Assembly: GCA_964597445.1 (NCBI GenBank)
Contig: CAZQXO010000001.1
Coordinates: 148,658-190,165, forward strand
Direction: 5' to 3'
Source: an uncultured Bifidobacteriaceae bacterium
GTDB lineage: Bacteria > Actinomycetota > Actinomycetes > S36-B12
DNA length: 41,508 nt
A program made the translations under genes and the position numbers. Each line of letters begins with the position of its first letter. Positions within the stretch are counted from its first letter, which is position 1. The notes below the pieces were generated by a model. The model did not search any database, was not told the DNA's origin, and was given only the letters and a program-made list of their open reading frames with translations. Positions 21,487-34,336 of this stretch are shown piece by piece.

Positions 21487-21732
21487 TCAGGCGGTGCTCA
21501 CGAGGAGCCCCACCGCCACGATGCTCGCCGCCCAGACCAGTCCGATTCCCACGGTCAGCCGATCGAGATTCTTCTCCGCCACCGATGACCCACCGACGGA
21601 GGAGCTCACACCACCGCCGAAGAGGTCGGAGAGCCCGCCGCCCTTGCCGCGATGAAGCAGGATGAGCACGACGAGCAGCACGCTGGTGATCATGAGGATC
21701 ACGGCGAGCACGATCGTGAGTGCAGTGACCAT
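21487..21732 (-). CDS. secG: Preprotein translocase subunit SecG
   Basis: Two TM helices around LLHRGKGGGLSDLFGGG...AEKNLDRLT; CAGGAG RBS; follows tpiA. Confidence 0.95.
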   Translation of the reverse strand: MVTALTIVLAVILMITSVLLVVLILLHRGKGGGLSDLFGGGVSSSVGGSSVAEKNLDRLTVGIGLVWAASIVAVGLLVSTA

Positions 21733-21782
21733 GTGATGCTCCTGGGAGGGCGGACGAGAGTCCGGCGATGCCGGGCTCCTGA

Positions 21783-21788
21783 AGGATA
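21783..21788 (-). promoter_or_regulatory. Candidate -10 element (TATCCT) for secG and the RbpA-family gene
   Basis: TANNNT just after the tpiA stop, about 50 nt upstream of secG. Confidence 0.4.
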
Positions 21789-21796
21789 GACCGGGC

Positions 21797-22594
21797 TCAG
21801 CCCACCAGCTCAGGTGGGTGCAGGCGGAACCGGACAATGCCGACGAACTCGTCTGGATCGAGGCTCGCTCCCCCGATGAGCGCCCCGTCGACATCCGCCT
21901 TGGCCATGATCCCCGCCACGTTCGAGGACTTGACCGAGCCGCCATACAGGATCCTGACGGACGCTGCTGCCTCCGTTCCGAAGGACTCCGCGATCCGGAC
22001 GCGAATCGCCTCGCACACCTCCTGGGCATCCTCGGGCGTGGCGACCTCGCCGGTGCCGATCGCCCAGATGGGCTCGTAGGCGATGACCAGACCCGCCACC
22101 TGATCGGCACTCAGGCCGGCCAGGTCCGCATCGAGCTGGGAGAGCACGTGCTCGACCTGCCTCCCCGCCTGGCGAATCTCGAGTCCCTCGCCCATGCAGA
22201 CGATGGGGGTCAGGTTATTGCGGAGCGCGGCATGGACCTTCGCATTGACCACGTCGTCCGTCTCGCCGTTGTATTCGCGGCGCTCACTGTGGCCGACCGT
22301 GACGAAGGTGCACCCGAGCTTCTCGAGCATCGGACCGCTCACCTGGCCGGTGAAGGCCCCGCCGTCCTTCTCCGCGAGGTCCTGGGCGCCGTAGAGGATG
22401 TCGTACCGATCCCCGTCGACGAGTGTCTGGACGGACCTGATGTCGGTGAACGGCGGCAGCACGGCCACATCCACGGCGGCGAAGTCCTCGTCCTTGAGCG
22501 CGAACGCGAGCTTCTGGACGAGCGCGATCGCCTCCAGATGGTTCATGTTCATCTTCCAGTTGCCCGCCATGAGCGGCTTGCGGTCATTCGCCAT
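21797..22594 (-). CDS. tpiA: Triosephosphate isomerase
   Basis: [31 protein letters not shown]. Confidence 0.98.
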   Translation of the reverse strand: MANDRKPLMAGNWKMNMNHLEAIALVQKLAFALKDEDFAAVDVAVLPPFTDIRSVQTLVDGDRYDILYGAQDLAEKDGGAFTGQVSGPMLEKLGCTFVTVGHSERREYNGETDDVVNAKVHAALRNNLTPIVCMGEGLEIRQAGRQVEHVLSQLDADLAGLSADQVAGLVIAYEPIWAIGTGEVATPEDAQEVCEAIRVRIAESFGTEAAASVRILYGGSVKSSNVAGIMAKADVDGALIGGASLDPDEFVGIVRFRLHPPELVG

Positions 22595-23793
22595 CAGGCG
22601 GTCTCCTCCAGGGCTGCCAGTCCAGGCAGGGTCTTGCCCTCGAGAAACTCCAGGCTCGCCCCTCCCCCGGTGCTGATGTGGGTGAATCGGGACTCGTCGA
22701 CGTCCAGGAGTCGCACGGCGGCTGCGGAGTCGCCACCGCCGATGACCGTCATCGCGTCCGAGTCCGCCATGGCGCGCGCCACGGCCAGCGTGCCGCCCGA
22801 GAAGGGATCCATCTCGAAGACGCCCATCGGGCCGTTCCAGACCACCGTGCCCGCGTCAGCGATCCGCGCTGCGAAGAGCTCCCGCGTGCGGGGGCCGATA
22901 TCGAGCCCCATCCAGCCGTCAGGGATCGCATCGGCGTCGACGACCCGCGTCTGCGCGTCCGCGGCGAACCGGTCAGCGATCACGAAGTCCACGGGAAGGA
23001 GCAGCTCCACGCCTCCGGCCTGCGCGTGCTCCAGGAACCCGCGCACGGTCTCGATCTGAGCGGCCTCGAGCAGGGAGTCTCCGACTCCATGGCCTTGAGC
23101 CGCCAGGAAGGTGTAGGCCATGCCGCCACCGATGAGCAGTCGGTCCACACGCGTGATGAGACTGCCGATGACGCCGAGCTTGTCACTCACCTTCGATCCG
23201 CCGAGCACGACCACGAAGGGGCGGGCGGGCTCAGCCATGATGCGACCGAACACGGAGGCCTCCTGATGCACGAGCCGACCCGCGGCGTTGGGCAGCAGCC
23301 GCGCGACGTCCGTGACGGATGCCTGATTGCGGTGCACGACTCCGAAGCCGTCCGACACATAGGCATCAGCGAGGGCAGCCAACTCGGCCGCCAGAGCCTG
23401 CCGCTCCTCAGCGACCTTGCTCGTCTCGCGGGCATCGAATCGGATGTTCTCGAGCAGCAGGACATCCCCGGGCGCCATCCCCGCCACCGCCGCCGGCGCA
23501 TCGGCCAGATCGACGAGGCCCACCGACGCTCCGAGGAGCTCGCCCAGTCGGGATGCGACCGGGGCGAGGCTCAGCTCGGGGACCTTCTCCCCCTTGGCGC
23601 GTCCGAGGTGGGCCGCGACGACGACGCGGGCGCCCTGGCCCCGCAGGAACTCCAGCGTCGGCAGGGCGGCCACGATGCGTCCGTCATCGGTGATGACGCG
23701 CGATCCATCCGACCCCTCGGCGAGCGGGACGTTGAAGTCCGCGCGCACCAGCACCGTCCTCCCCGTGACGTCGAGGTCGTCCAGTGACTTCAT
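22594..23793 (-). CDS. pgk: Phosphoglycerate kinase
   Basis: [42 protein letters not shown]. Confidence 0.98.
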   Translation of the reverse strand: MKSLDDLDVTGRTVLVRADFNVPLAEGSDGSRVITDDGRIVAALPTLEFLRGQGARVVVAAHLGRAKGEKVPELSLAPVASRLGELLGASVGLVDLADAPAAVAGMAPGDVLLLENIRFDARETSKVAEERQALAAELAALADAYVSDGFGVVHRNQASVTDVARLLPNAAGRLVHQEASVFGRIMAEPARPFVVVLGGSKVSDKLGVIGSLITRVDRLLIGGGMAYTFLAAQGHGVGDSLLEAAQIETVRGFLEHAQAGGVELLLPVDFVIADRFAADAQTRVVDADAIPDGWMGLDIGPRTRELFAARIADAGTVVWNGPMGVFEMDPFSGGTLAVARAMADSDAMTVIGGGDSAAAVRLLDVDESRFTHISTGGGASLEFLEGKTLPGLAALEETA

Positions 23794-23802
23794 GCGCGAT
23801 GC

Positions 23803-24900
<1,098 letters not shown>

Positions 24901-24923
24901 TCAGGATTCAGCGCGTGGACGTC

Positions 24924-25991
24924 CTAGGAATGACGATGGACGGCGTGCGCCCTCGCGCGCTCGAGTGCCTCGGCGAGTCGCGGCAGGTTGGCATGCCAGT
25001 CAGCGCGCTCCTGCACCTCCTGACGCGCGCGCTCGACCACGGTGATCGGGTAGTGCGCGGTCACCCGGATCAGCAGGTCCCTGATCGCCCCCACATCGCC
25101 GGTCGGGAAGGTGAACCCGGTCTCCCCGTCCCGGACCCAGTCGAGGTTTCCCGGCGTCGCTGACACGAGGACCGGCGTGCCGCAGGCCATGGCCTGGAGC
25201 AGGGTCACCGACGTGCCGTCGACTTCCGAGGCCGAGACGTAGCAGGCCGCTCGGCCCAGCAGGGGGACGAGGTCGCCTTCCGACACGCGGCCGATGAAGC
25301 GCACGCGATCAGCCACCCCCAGCGTGCGCACGAGCTCCTTCAGCTCCGCGGTCTGGGAGCCCTCGTGCCCGATGATCAGGTAGGGATCCGGGAAGTCCTC
25401 ATGCACGTCCCGCCGACGCGGCACCTCGGCGAATGCCCGGACGACATCGTCGACCCGGTAGAGATGCTCGTGCGCACGAAGGGACACCACGAGGGGGGCA
25501 TGCGGCGGGACGCCCAGAAGGAAGGCGTCGATCCACGGCCCGTGGAACGCGAACGTGTCGAGATCCACGCCCCACGGCAGGTACGTGATCCGATCGGCAG
25601 GCAGGCCTGCCGATCGGGCGACCTGCTGGTTCCAGGCCGAGTCGACGATGAGTCCGTCCAGCCGCGCGAGCCAGGTGAGAGACTCCCCGCGCTCATGAGC
25701 CTCGGTGATGTCGTAGCCCCACGACAGGCCGACCAGGACGACATCACCATCGAGCAGGGCCGGCACGACCGAGTCCAGCGGCCCAGCGAGCACCGGAATG
25801 CCACCGGCCGCGGCGAGCTGCACCGCCTCCCGAAGCTCCAGGGCATCCTCGACGTCGCGCCCCAACGAGATCACGAAGGGCGTGTAGCCCGTCTCGAGCA
25901 GGGCCGAGACCCACCGCTCATCGTGGACGCCCCAGCCCCGGGTGACGTAGACGCAGTCGTGATCACGGACGGTTCGGTCGCCACCGATCAC
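24924..25991 (-). CDS. GT-B fold glycosyltransferase, family 4-like
   Basis: PWGVDLDTF, VRFIGRV, SASEVDGTSVTLLQAMACGTPVL, DGETGF; GAGGAG RBS before GTG. Confidence 0.88.
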   Translation of the reverse strand: MIGGDRTVRDHDCVYVTRGWGVHDERWVSALLETGYTPFVISLGRDVEDALELREAVQLAAAGGIPVLAGPLDSVVPALLDGDVVLVGLSWGYDITEAHERGESLTWLARLDGLIVDSAWNQQVARSAGLPADRITYLPWGVDLDTFAFHGPWIDAFLLGVPPHAPLVVSLRAHEHLYRVDDVVRAFAEVPRRRDVHEDFPDPYLIIGHEGSQTAELKELVRTLGVADRVRFIGRVSEGDLVPLLGRAACYVSASEVDGTSVTLLQAMACGTPVLVSATPGNLDWVRDGETGFTFPTGDVGAIRDLLIRVTAHYPITVVERARQEVQERADWHANLPRLAEALERARAHAVHRHS

Positions 25992-26021
25992 GGCCTCTCC
26001 TCGATCACCGCGGGTTCTCGC

Positions 26022-27002
26022 TCACGGCAGGAGAAGCTCGGGACCGAGGGCCGCCTCCGTGTCCGGTATGCCCAGCTCAGCGGCCCGCTTGTCCGCGAGG
26101 GCCAGCAGCCGCCGGATGCGCCCGGCGATGGCGTCCTTCGTCATGGGCGGGTCCGCCAGGGCTCCGAGCTCTTCGAGACTCGCCTGCTGATGCTCAAGGC
26201 GGAGCCGGCCCGCGGACAGCAGGTGGTCCGGGACATCGTCGCCGAGGATCTCCATGGCGCGCTGCACTCGAGCACCCGCGGCCACGGCCGCGCGTGCGGA
26301 CCGGCGGAGGTTCGCATCGTCGAAGTTCGCCAGACGGTTGGCCGTGGCGCGCACCTCGCGGCGCATGCGCCGCTCCTCCCAGGCCAGCACCGACTCGTGC
26401 GCCCCGAGACGCGTGAGCATGGCCCCGATGCCGTCCCCATCGCGGATCACGACCCGGTCCACACCGCGCACCTCACGGGACTTGGACGCGATCCCGAGGC
26501 GCCGAGCAGCACCGACCAGGGCGAGAGCGGCCTCGGGTCCCGGGCAGGTGATCTCGAGCGAGGAGGAGCGTCCCGGCTCGGTGAGGGATCCGTGCGCAAG
26601 GAAGGCCCCACGCCAGGCGGACTCGACGTCGCACACGCCTCCCGCGACGATCGCCGGCGGAAGTCCGCGGACGGGCCTGCCACGGCCATCGACGATGCCG
26701 GTCTGGCGGGCAAGGGCCTCCCCGCCGTCGACCACGCGAACGAGGTACCGGGAGCCCTTGCGGATGCCCCCGGACTGGACCATCGTCACCTCGGCCTCGT
26801 GGCCGTAGACGTCGAAGATGTCCTTGCGAAGACGGCGGGCTGCGGCACCGGTGTCGAGCTCCGCCTCGATGACGATGTGACCGCCGACGATGTGCAGCCC
26901 ACCGGCGAACCTCAGGATCGTGGAGACCTCCGCCTTGCGGCAGCAGGACTTGGTCACGTCGACACGGCTCAGCTCGTCCTTGACCGCCGCCGTCATCGCC
27001 AT
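26022..27002 (-). CDS. whiA: DNA-binding protein WhiA
   Basis: [44 protein letters not shown]...[12 protein letters not shown]. Confidence 0.97.
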   Translation of the reverse strand: MAMTAAVKDELSRVDVTKSCCRKAEVSTILRFAGGLHIVGGHIVIEAELDTGAAARRLRKDIFDVYGHEAEVTMVQSGGIRKGSRYLVRVVDGGEALARQTGIVDGRGRPVRGLPPAIVAGGVCDVESAWRGAFLAHGSLTEPGRSSSLEITCPGPEAALALVGAARRLGIASKSREVRGVDRVVIRDGDGIGAMLTRLGAHESVLAWEERRMRREVRATANRLANFDDANLRRSARAAVAAGARVQRAMEILGDDVPDHLLSAGRLRLEHQQASLEELGALADPPMTKDAIAGRIRRLLALADKRAAELGIPDTEAALGPELLLP

Positions 27003-27095
27003 CGTCCTGTCACTCCCTCCCGGCCCAGCGCAGCAGGTGCCATGGGGGCCCACCGCCGCAGATCGGGCATCAGGGCCGCGGATCCGCACGCCACC

Positions 27096-28076
27096 CTAGG
27101 CCAGCACGGTATCGAATGCGACGGCGAGTCTCTGGGGATCGTGCATCCCGGCGTGGCCGACGTCGGGACGACTCACGCCCATCAGGAACGGCTCGGCACC
27201 GAGGTCAGCGCACGAACGACGCAGAGCGGCGAGATCCTCCACGTGCTCGCGATCGGCGATCACGGTGTCGATCCGCAGGTCGGGCAGGTAGTTGTACAGC
27301 ACATCCAGATAGGTATGGGCAGCGAACCCCGTCGTCTCCCCCATCTGCGGGTTCAGGTTCAGGACGACGATGCGGCGCGCCGGACTCGCCAGGATCGCGC
27401 GGGCGAGCTCGGGGATGACCAGATGCGGCATCACGGACGTGTACCAGGACCCCGGACCCAGGACGATCGCGTCGGCGTCGAGTACCGCCTGGACAGCCTC
27501 GGCACAGGCTGGGGGCTCCGGTGGGTCGAGGGCGATGTGGAGGACGTCGCCCGGCGTTGTCGCCACCTCCACCTGGCCTCGGACCTCCACCACCGCCTCC
27601 GGTCGCGCCGGATCGTGGCCGAGCACCTCGGCCACGATGGTGAGAGGGACCGTGCTGCAGGGAAGCACTCGCCCGTTGGCCCCCAGCAGCGCCCCGACCC
27701 AGTCGAGTCCGGTGACGGCATCCCCCGTCTGCTCCCACAGCGCCGTGATGAGCAGGTTGCCGAGACTGTGACCGGCGAGCTCCCCCGACCCTCCGAACCG
27801 GTGCTGGATCACCCGCTCCCAGGTGCGACCCCAGGAGTCATCGCCACAGAGAGCGGCGAGCGCCATGCGCAGGTCGCCCGCCGGGAGAACGCCGAACTCC
27901 TCGCGCAGCCGTCCGCTGGATCCGCCGTCGTCCGCCACGCCCACGACGGCTGTCAGCTGGTCGGTCACCCGACGGAGGGCCTGGAGCGAGGCAGCGAGAC
28001 CGTGCCCTCCGCCCAGAGCCACGACGTTGCGGGTGCCCGACGAGGAGCCGAACGACGCCGGAGACCGACGACTCAC
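27096..28076 (-). CDS. yvcK: YvcK/GlmR (CuvA) family UDP-GlcNAc-binding protein
   Basis: VVALGGGHGL, ADDGGSSGRLR, GDLR, GHSLGNL, LGPGSWYTS; GTG overlaps the rapZ stop. Confidence 0.93.
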   Translation of the reverse strand: MSRRSPASFGSSSGTRNVVALGGGHGLAASLQALRRVTDQLTAVVGVADDGGSSGRLREEFGVLPAGDLRMALAALCGDDSWGRTWERVIQHRFGGSGELAGHSLGNLLITALWEQTGDAVTGLDWVGALLGANGRVLPCSTVPLTIVAEVLGHDPARPEAVVEVRGQVEVATTPGDVLHIALDPPEPPACAEAVQAVLDADAIVLGPGSWYTSVMPHLVIPELARAILASPARRIVVLNLNPQMGETTGFAAHTYLDVLYNYLPDLRIDTVIADREHVEDLAALRRSCADLGAEPFLMGVSRPDVGHAGMHDPQRLAVAFDTVLA

Positions 28077-28981
28077 TCGCGACCCAGGTCCCGGTGGAAG
28101 GTGCGCACGACGACGCCCTCGAGCGCCAGGCGAGCGGCGAGAGCCTCCGCGAGCGCGACACTGCGGTGCTTCCCTCCCGTGCATCCCACGGCGACCGTCA
28201 CGTAGCGCTTGCCCTCGCGGAGGTAGCCGCTGGACACGATCCGGATGAGGGAGTCGTAGGCGTCCAGGAACTCCTCTGCACCTCGACGGGACAGCACGTC
28301 TGCGGCCACCGGCGCATCGAGGCCCGTGAGCGGCCGGAGTTCCTCGTCCCAGTAGGGATTGGGCAGAAAGCGCGCGTCGGCGACCAGATCCGCATCCACG
28401 GGGATCCCGTACTTGAAGCCGAAGGACATGACCGTGCATGTGAGCCGGGGAGGGACATCCGCCTCGAATGCGTCCTCCATGCGACGACGGAGATCGTGGA
28501 CGTTGATGGCCGAGGTGTCGATCACCAGATCCGCCCTCGCCCGGAGGTCCGCCAGAAGGTCGCGCTCCGCCTGGAGCCCGTCGAGGATCCGCTGCCCGCC
28601 TTGCAGGGGGTGCGGGCGCCGGGAGCTCTCGAACCGTCGGACGAGCGCCTCGTCCGAAGCCTCCAGGAACACGATGCGCAGACCCACGCCCTCTCGTGGA
28701 AGGTCTCGGATCGCGTCCGACAGCTCGCGGAAGAAGGACCCGCCTCGCGCATCGACCACGACCCCGACGCGTTGGACGTCGGGCGATCGCCGTGCGAGGT
28801 CGACGGCCGAGGTGAGCAGCGAAGGAGGCATGTTGTCGATCACGAACCAACCCATGTCCTCGAGCGCGCGCGCCGCAGTGGATCGGCCCGCCCCTGACAT
28901 GCCCGTCACGAGGACCAGGTCGAGACTGTGACGATCGGCATCGCTGCCGGTCACGGGGGTGGCGTCCTGCATCCCGTCCAT
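28073..28981 (-). CDS. rapZ: RapZ/YvcJ family P-loop protein
   Basis: VTGMSGAGRS, IDNMP, RRPHPL, SFGFKYG, GCTGGKHRSV; start could also be ATG 28972. Confidence 0.94.
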   Translation of the reverse strand: MDGMQDATPVTGSDADRHSLDLVLVTGMSGAGRSTAARALEDMGWFVIDNMPPSLLTSAVDLARRSPDVQRVGVVVDARGGSFFRELSDAIRDLPREGVGLRIVFLEASDEALVRRFESSRRPHPLQGGQRILDGLQAERDLLADLRARADLVIDTSAINVHDLRRRMEDAFEADVPPRLTCTVMSFGFKYGIPVDADLVADARFLPNPYWDEELRPLTGLDAPVAADVLSRRGAEEFLDAYDSLIRIVSSGYLREGKRYVTVAVGCTGGKHRSVALAEALAARLALEGVVVRTFHRDLGRE

Positions 28982-28991
28982 GCCCCCATCA

Positions 28992-30890
28992 TCACGCATC
29001 CGCAGGCGCATCTGCGGGATGCAGGGCAGCGTGGACCGCGGCGGCGAGAGCCGGACCGATACCCGGCACCTGCTGCAACTCCGCCGGCGTCGCATCGCGC
29101 ATGGCGCGCACCGAGCCGAAGTGCCGCCGCAGGGCTGTGGCGCGGGCCGCTCCCAGACCGGGCACGGCATCCAGCACACTCGCGGTCGATCGTCGACCGC
29201 GGCGCTGGCGGTGATGGCTGATCGCGCGACGATGCGCCTCGTCACGCACCCGCTGGAGCAGGTAGAGCGCCTCACTCGTCCTCGGCAGGATGACCGGGTC
29301 CTCCTCCCCCGGGACCCACACCTCCTCGAGTCGCTTCGCCAGTCCGATGACCGCGATGTCGCCGACACCTGCGGCCATCAGCGCATCCTGAGCGGCACGC
29401 ACCTGAGGAGCGCCCCCGTCGATGACGAGCAGGGAGGGCGGATAGGCGAACGAAGTCCGGGGCCTGGGCTCCACCGTGGTGGCATCGCTGACGTCCGCGG
29501 ACCGCTCCGGCGTGCCGAACCGCCTCTGCACCACTTCCGCCACCGAGACGAGATCGTCGGCGTGCGGAGTCCTGATGACGTAGGACCGGTAGTCGGACTT
29601 CCGAGGCAGCCCATCCTCGAAGACGACGAGGGAGCCGACCGTGTCCTGGCCCTGGAGAGTCGAGATGTCGATGCACTCGATGCGCAGCGGTGGCTCGGCG
29701 AGTCCCAGGGCGTCCTGGAGCTCCTGGAGCGCCTGGCTCCGCGCCGTCAGGTCACCGGCGCGCCGCGAGGTGTGGAGGCGAAGGACGTTCTGCGCGTTGT
29801 CGACCGCCGTGGCCATGAGGGCGCGCTTGTCCCCGCGCTGCGGGGTGCGCAGGGCGACCTTGGATCCCCTCAGCTCCGAGAGCCAGGCGGCCACCGTCGC
29901 CGCATCATCCACGGGCGCCGACGTCAGAACCTCACGGGCCGGGCGCACGACGTCCGGATCCGCGTAGATGCGCTGAATGGCACGTTCGACGTACCCACCC
30001 GTCGAGAGATCCTCGGCCTTCTCCAGGACGAAGCCTCGTTCACCCACGATCCGACCGCCTCTCACGTGGAACACCTGCACGCCCATGTGAAGCTCGTCCT
30101 CGTGAGTCCCGATGAGATCGGCATCGGTGGCATCGTCGAAGACGACGGCGTTCCGTTCCAGTGCACGTGTGAGCGCCTGCCAGCGGTCACGCAGCCGCGC
30201 CGCATCCTCGTAGTTCTGACGTGATGCTGCTTCGCGCATCTGGGACTCGACCCGGCGCACGAATGGCTCGGTGTTGCCATCGAGGAAGGAGCAGAGGTCA
30301 TCCACGAACTGGCGATACTGCTCGGCATCGACCCGGCCGACGCACGGGGCACTGCACTTGTCGATGTAACCGAGGAGACAGGGACGCCCGACCTGCGCGG
30401 CCCGTCGGAAGACACCGTCACGACACGTGCGCACCGGGAACACCCGCACCAGTTGATCCAGGGTCTCGCGGATGGCCCACGCGTGGGCGTACGGGCCGAA
30501 GTAGCGGGTTCCCTTGCGCTTCGCCTCACGCACGACAGCGGCACGGGGGTACTCCTCCCCGACGGTCACCGCAAGGTAGGGGTAGCTCTTGTCATCGCGG
30601 TACTTGACGTTGAACCGTGGGTCGTACTCCTTGATCCAGGTGTACTCCAGCGCGAGCGCCTCCACCTCGGTCCGGACCACCACCCAGTCCACCGAGGTGG
30701 CCGTCTCGACCATGGAGCGGGTGCGCGGGTGGAGCGAGTCAGCAGCCGCGAAGTACGAGTTGAGGCGCGACCGCAGGTTCCGGGCCTTGCCTACATAGAT
30801 GACCCGCCCACGTCCGTCACGGAACCGGTACACGCCCGGATCCGTGGGCACCTCACCCGGTGACGGCCGATAGGACGCGGAATCGCTCAC
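28992..30890 (-). CDS. uvrC: Excinuclease ABC subunit C
   Basis: GIY-YIG (GVYRF...IYVGKA), ECIDIS, IDGG, RDEAHR, C-terminal HhH. Confidence 0.97.
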   Translation of the reverse strand: MSDSASYRPSPGEVPTDPGVYRFRDGRGRVIYVGKARNLRSRLNSYFAAADSLHPRTRSMVETATSVDWVVVRTEVEALALEYTWIKEYDPRFNVKYRDDKSYPYLAVTVGEEYPRAAVVREAKRKGTRYFGPYAHAWAIRETLDQLVRVFPVRTCRDGVFRRAAQVGRPCLLGYIDKCSAPCVGRVDAEQYRQFVDDLCSFLDGNTEPFVRRVESQMREAASRQNYEDAARLRDRWQALTRALERNAVVFDDATDADLIGTHEDELHMGVQVFHVRGGRIVGERGFVLEKAEDLSTGGYVERAIQRIYADPDVVRPAREVLTSAPVDDAATVAAWLSELRGSKVALRTPQRGDKRALMATAVDNAQNVLRLHTSRRAGDLTARSQALQELQDALGLAEPPLRIECIDISTLQGQDTVGSLVVFEDGLPRKSDYRSYVIRTPHADDLVSVAEVVQRRFGTPERSADVSDATTVEPRPRTSFAYPPSLLVIDGGAPQVRAAQDALMAAGVGDIAVIGLAKRLEEVWVPGEEDPVILPRTSEALYLLQRVRDEAHRRAISHHRQRRGRRSTASVLDAVPGLGAARATALRRHFGSVRAMRDATPAELQQVPGIGPALAAAVHAALHPADAPADA

Positions 30891-30912
30891 CGTGATGCGC
30901 CGGGAGCGTGTG

Positions 30913-31350
30913 TCAGCTGAGGATGACCGAGCCGCCCTCGACGGCGACGCCGGCGGACGTCAGTCCCTGCCGGGACGGCCCCTCGAGAACCGCGCCGTCG
31001 CTCGCCGAGAACTTCGACCCGTGGCACGGGCAGATGATCTCGTTGTTGACCACCTCGGAGACCAGGCACCCCTGATGGGGGCAGATCGCCACGAAGGCCT
31101 TGTAGTCGCCTGCCGTGGGCTGTGTGACGACGATCGCCGGCTCGGCGATGACGATGCCGCCACCCACCGGGATGTCCTCGACACCGGCCAGAGGAGCGCC
31201 TGCGGACGTCACGTCCGAGCCGCCTGCAGCCGTGGCCTCGGGGGCCGACGACGCCTGACCGGCCGGAGCCTCCTCGCTCGAACTGCACGCAGCCACCACG
31301 GCGGCACTCGCCACCACGCCACCTGTCACCAGCAAGGTCCGTCGATCCAT
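30913..31350 (-). CDS. Tat-exported Rieske [2Fe-2S] lipoprotein
   Basis: MDRRTLL twin-arginine motif, VAAC lipobox, A/S-rich linker, CPHQGC...CPCHGS. Confidence 0.9.
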   Translation of the reverse strand: MDRRTLLVTGGVVASAAVVAACSSSEEAPAGQASSAPEATAAGGSDVTSAGAPLAGVEDIPVGGGIVIAEPAIVVTQPTAGDYKAFVAICPHQGCLVSEVVNNEIICPCHGSKFSASDGAVLEGPSRQGLTSAGVAVEGGSVILS

Positions 31351-31412
31351 GTCAGCACTCTCCCGTCGTCGTCCCGCCAGTCTGCCATGGGGCAGCCCGA
31401 CTCGCGCGATCG

Positions 31413-34289
31413 TCAGCCGGTGGCGCGCGCGCGTCGGCGCCGCGGCGGGGTGCTCGTGCCCAGGATGCCGGCCAGGAAACTGCCCGTGTGGCTCGCCTTC
31501 ACGAGAGCCACCTCCTCCGGTGTCCCCTCCGCCACGACGGTCCCTCCGCCGGATCCCCCCTCGGGCCCCATATCGATGATCCAGTCTGCCGTCTTGATCA
31601 CGTCCAGGTTGTGCTCGATCACGATCACCGAGTTGCCCTTGTCGACCAGGCTCTGCAGGACGCCGAGCAGCTTGCGGATGTCCTCGAAGTGCAGGCCGGT
31701 CGTCGGCTCATCCAGCACGTAGACCGTGCGACCGGTCGATCTCTTCTGGAGTTCCGCGGCGAGCTTGACGCGCTGGGCCTCTCCGCCGCTGAGCGTGGGG
31801 GCTGACTGGCCCATCCGGACGTACCCCAGACCCACGTCGACGAGGGTCGACAGATGGCGTGCGATGGCCGGAACCGCCTGGAAGAACTCCAGGGCCTCCT
31901 CGATCGGCATGTCCAGCACCTGCGCGATCGTCCGACCCTTGTAGTGCACCTCGAGCGTCTCTCGGTTGTACCGGGCTCCGAGACACACCTCGCAGGGCAC
32001 GTAGACGTCGGGCAGGAAGTTCATCTCGATCTTGATGGTGCCATCGCCGGAGCACGCCTCGCACCGCCCGCCCTTGACGTTGAAGGAGAAGCGACCCTGC
32101 TGGTATCCCCGTACCTTCGCCTCCGGCGTCTCCGCGAAGAGCTTGCGAATGTGATCGAAGACGCCCGTGTAGGTCGCCGGATTGCTGCGCGGGGTGCGAC
32201 CGATCGGACTCTGGTCCACGTGGACGACCTTGTCGACGTGCTCCAGTCCCGTGACGCGCTTGTGCCGTCCGGGAACCGCACGAGATCCGTTGAGGTCCCG
32301 AGCGAGCACGTTGTAGAGGACGTCGTTCACCAGAGTGGACTTGCCGGAGCCGCTCACGCCGGTGACCGCCACGAGGGTCCCGAGCGGGAACTCCACCGTG
32401 ACGTCCTTCAGATTGTGCTCCCGGGCACCGTGGACCGTCAGGGTCCGGCCATCCCGCGGCCGTCGAACAGCCGGGATGTCGATCGAGAGGGCTCCGCTCA
32501 GGTAGCGCCCCGTCACGGAGTCTGGCGCCGCGAGAAGCTCACTGACCGGACCGCTCACCACGACCCGACCGCCATGCTCGCCCGCACCCGGCCCGATGTC
32601 GACGACCCAGTCGGCGGCGGCGATCGTCTCCTCGTCGTGCTCGACGACGATCAGGGTGTTGCCGAGGTCGCGCAGCCGGATGAGCGTCTCGATGAGCCGG
32701 CGATTGTCGCGCTGGTGCAGGCCGATGCTGGGCTCGTCCAGCACGTAGAGCACGCCGACGAGTCCCGAGCCGATCTGCGTGGCCAGCCTGATGCGCTGGG
32801 CCTCGCCTCCCGCCAGGGTCGCGGCACCTCTGTCCAACGAGAGGTAGTGGAGGCCGACGTCCACGAGGAAGGCCAGGCGCTCGTTGACCTCCTTCAGGAC
32901 TCGCGTCGCGATGGCGGCGTCTCGCTTCGAGAGCTTCAGGCCCGCGAGCAGCGCGGCCGCCTCGCCGATCGGAAGAGCCGCGATGTCGGCGATCGAGTGG
33001 CCCGCGATCGTGACGCCGAGAGAGATGGGCTTCAGGCGTGCACCCTGGCAGGCCGGGCACGGCACCTCGCGCATGAAGCCCTCGAAGCGCTCACGGCTGG
33101 CATCGGAGTCGGCCTCAGCGTGGCGACGCTGGACGAACGGGATGACCCCCTCGAAGGCCGTGTAGTACGAGCGCTGGCGGCCGTACCGGTTCCGGTAGCG
33201 CACGTGCACCTCGGTGGGATGCCCGTGCAGCAGCGCGTGACGGGCCGCCTTGGGCAGGTCTCGCCACGGCGTCTCCATGGAGATGTCTAGCTCCTCGCAC
33301 ATCGCCTCGAGCAGGCGCCTGAAGTAGTCCGACACCTGACCTCGGGACCAGGGGGCGAGGGCTCCGTCCTCCAGCGAGAGGTCCTCGTCGGGCACGATGA
33401 GGGTTGGATCCACCTCCCGCCTCGTGCCGAGGCCCGTGCACTCGGGGCAGGCGCCGAAGGGCGAGTTGAAGGAGAACGAGCGCGGCTCGAGCTCCTCGAA
33501 CGACAGGCCGTCCTTGGCGCAGGCGAGGTGCTCGCTGAAGACCTGCTCGCGACCGGGGTCACCCTCGGCCCGATCCACGAACTCCAGGACGACGAGCCCG
33601 CCGGAGAGTCCCAGGGCCGTCTCGACCGAGTCCGTGAGCCGACGACGGGAGGACGCCTTGACCGCGAGGCGGTCGACGACCACCTCGATCGTGTGCTTCT
33701 CCTGCTTCTTGAGGGTCGGCGGCTCCTCGAGGCTGATGACGGTGCCGTCGACGCGGGCCCGCGCATAGCCCTGAGCCTGCAGCTGCCGGAACAGGTCGAC
33801 GTACTCGCCCTTGCGCTCGCGGACGACCGGGGCGAGGACCTGGAAGCGGGTCCCCTCGTCCAGGGCGAGCACCTGATCGACGATCTGCTGCGGTGTCTGG
33901 CGGGCGATGACGGATCCACACTCAGGACAGTGGGGCACCCCCACCCGGGCGAACAGCAGCCGCAGGTAGTCGTACACCTCGGTGATGGTGCCCACGGTCG
34001 ACCTGGGGTTGCGCGAGGTGGACTTCTGGTCGATCGACACCGCAGGCGAGAGCCCCTCGATGAAGTCGACATCAGGCTTGTCCATCTGGCCGAGGAACTG
34101 CCGCGCGTACGAGGAGAGGCTCTCCACGTACCGACGCTGGCCCTCGGCGAAGATCGTGTCGAAGGCAAGGCTCGACTTGCCTGAGCCCGACAGACCGGTG
34201 AACACGATCAGGGCGTCACGAGGCAGGTCGACGGAGACATCCTTGAGGTTGTGCTCGCGCGCGCCACGCACCACGAGTCGCTCGCCCAC
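31413..34289 (-). CDS. uvrA: Excinuclease ABC subunit A
   Basis: GAREHNLK, two GxSGSGKS Walker A motifs, CxxC zinc modules, GGEAQR signatures. Confidence 0.98.
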   Translation of the reverse strand: MGERLVVRGAREHNLKDVSVDLPRDALIVFTGLSGSGKSSLAFDTIFAEGQRRYVESLSSYARQFLGQMDKPDVDFIEGLSPAVSIDQKSTSRNPRSTVGTITEVYDYLRLLFARVGVPHCPECGSVIARQTPQQIVDQVLALDEGTRFQVLAPVVRERKGEYVDLFRQLQAQGYARARVDGTVISLEEPPTLKKQEKHTIEVVVDRLAVKASSRRRLTDSVETALGLSGGLVVLEFVDRAEGDPGREQVFSEHLACAKDGLSFEELEPRSFSFNSPFGACPECTGLGTRREVDPTLIVPDEDLSLEDGALAPWSRGQVSDYFRRLLEAMCEELDISMETPWRDLPKAARHALLHGHPTEVHVRYRNRYGRQRSYYTAFEGVIPFVQRRHAEADSDASRERFEGFMREVPCPACQGARLKPISLGVTIAGHSIADIAALPIGEAAALLAGLKLSKRDAAIATRVLKEVNERLAFLVDVGLHYLSLDRGAATLAGGEAQRIRLATQIGSGLVGVLYVLDEPSIGLHQRDNRRLIETLIRLRDLGNTLIVVEHDEETIAAADWVVDIGPGAGEHGGRVVVSGPVSELLAAPDSVTGRYLSGALSIDIPAVRRPRDGRTLTVHGAREHNLKDVTVEFPLGTLVAVTGVSGSGKSTLVNDVLYNVLARDLNGSRAVPGRHKRVTGLEHVDKVVHVDQSPIGRTPRSNPATYTGVFDHIRKLFAETPEAKVRGYQQGRFSFNVKGGRCEACSGDGTIKIEMNFLPDVYVPCEVCLGARYNRETLEVHYKGRTIAQVLDMPIEEALEFFQAVPAIARHLSTLVDVGLGYVRMGQSAPTLSGGEAQRVKLAAELQKRSTGRTVYVLDEPTTGLHFEDIRKLLGVLQSLVDKGNSVIVIEHNLDVIKTADWIIDMGPEGGSGGGTVVAEGTPEEVALVKASHTGSFLAGILGTSTPPRRRRARATG

Positions 34290-34336
34290 GGGGACCTCTT
34301 CCGGATTAGGGTTCCGATGACGGATCGGAGACCCGA

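Noticed and set aside
25365-28205. 946-aa plus-strand ORF and other long antisense ORFs (2464-4446, 8710-10632, 38799-40688, 31854-33290)
   Set aside because: They mirror well-supported genes on the opposite strand and have no recognisable motifs; such ORFs are expected shadows of high-GC codon usage
28860-28910. RapZ Walker A with Arg instead of Lys (GMSGAGRS)
   Set aside because: As I recall this is common in actinobacterial RapZ, and the rest of the gene is intact, so it is not evidence of decay
34290-34336. LexA box or PafBC-type motif upstream of uvrA (also checked uvrB/coaE and uvrC)
   Set aside because: I found no GAAC-N4-GTTC or TGTCGG-N10-TANNNT match by eye; a PWM scan would be needed to exclude weak sites
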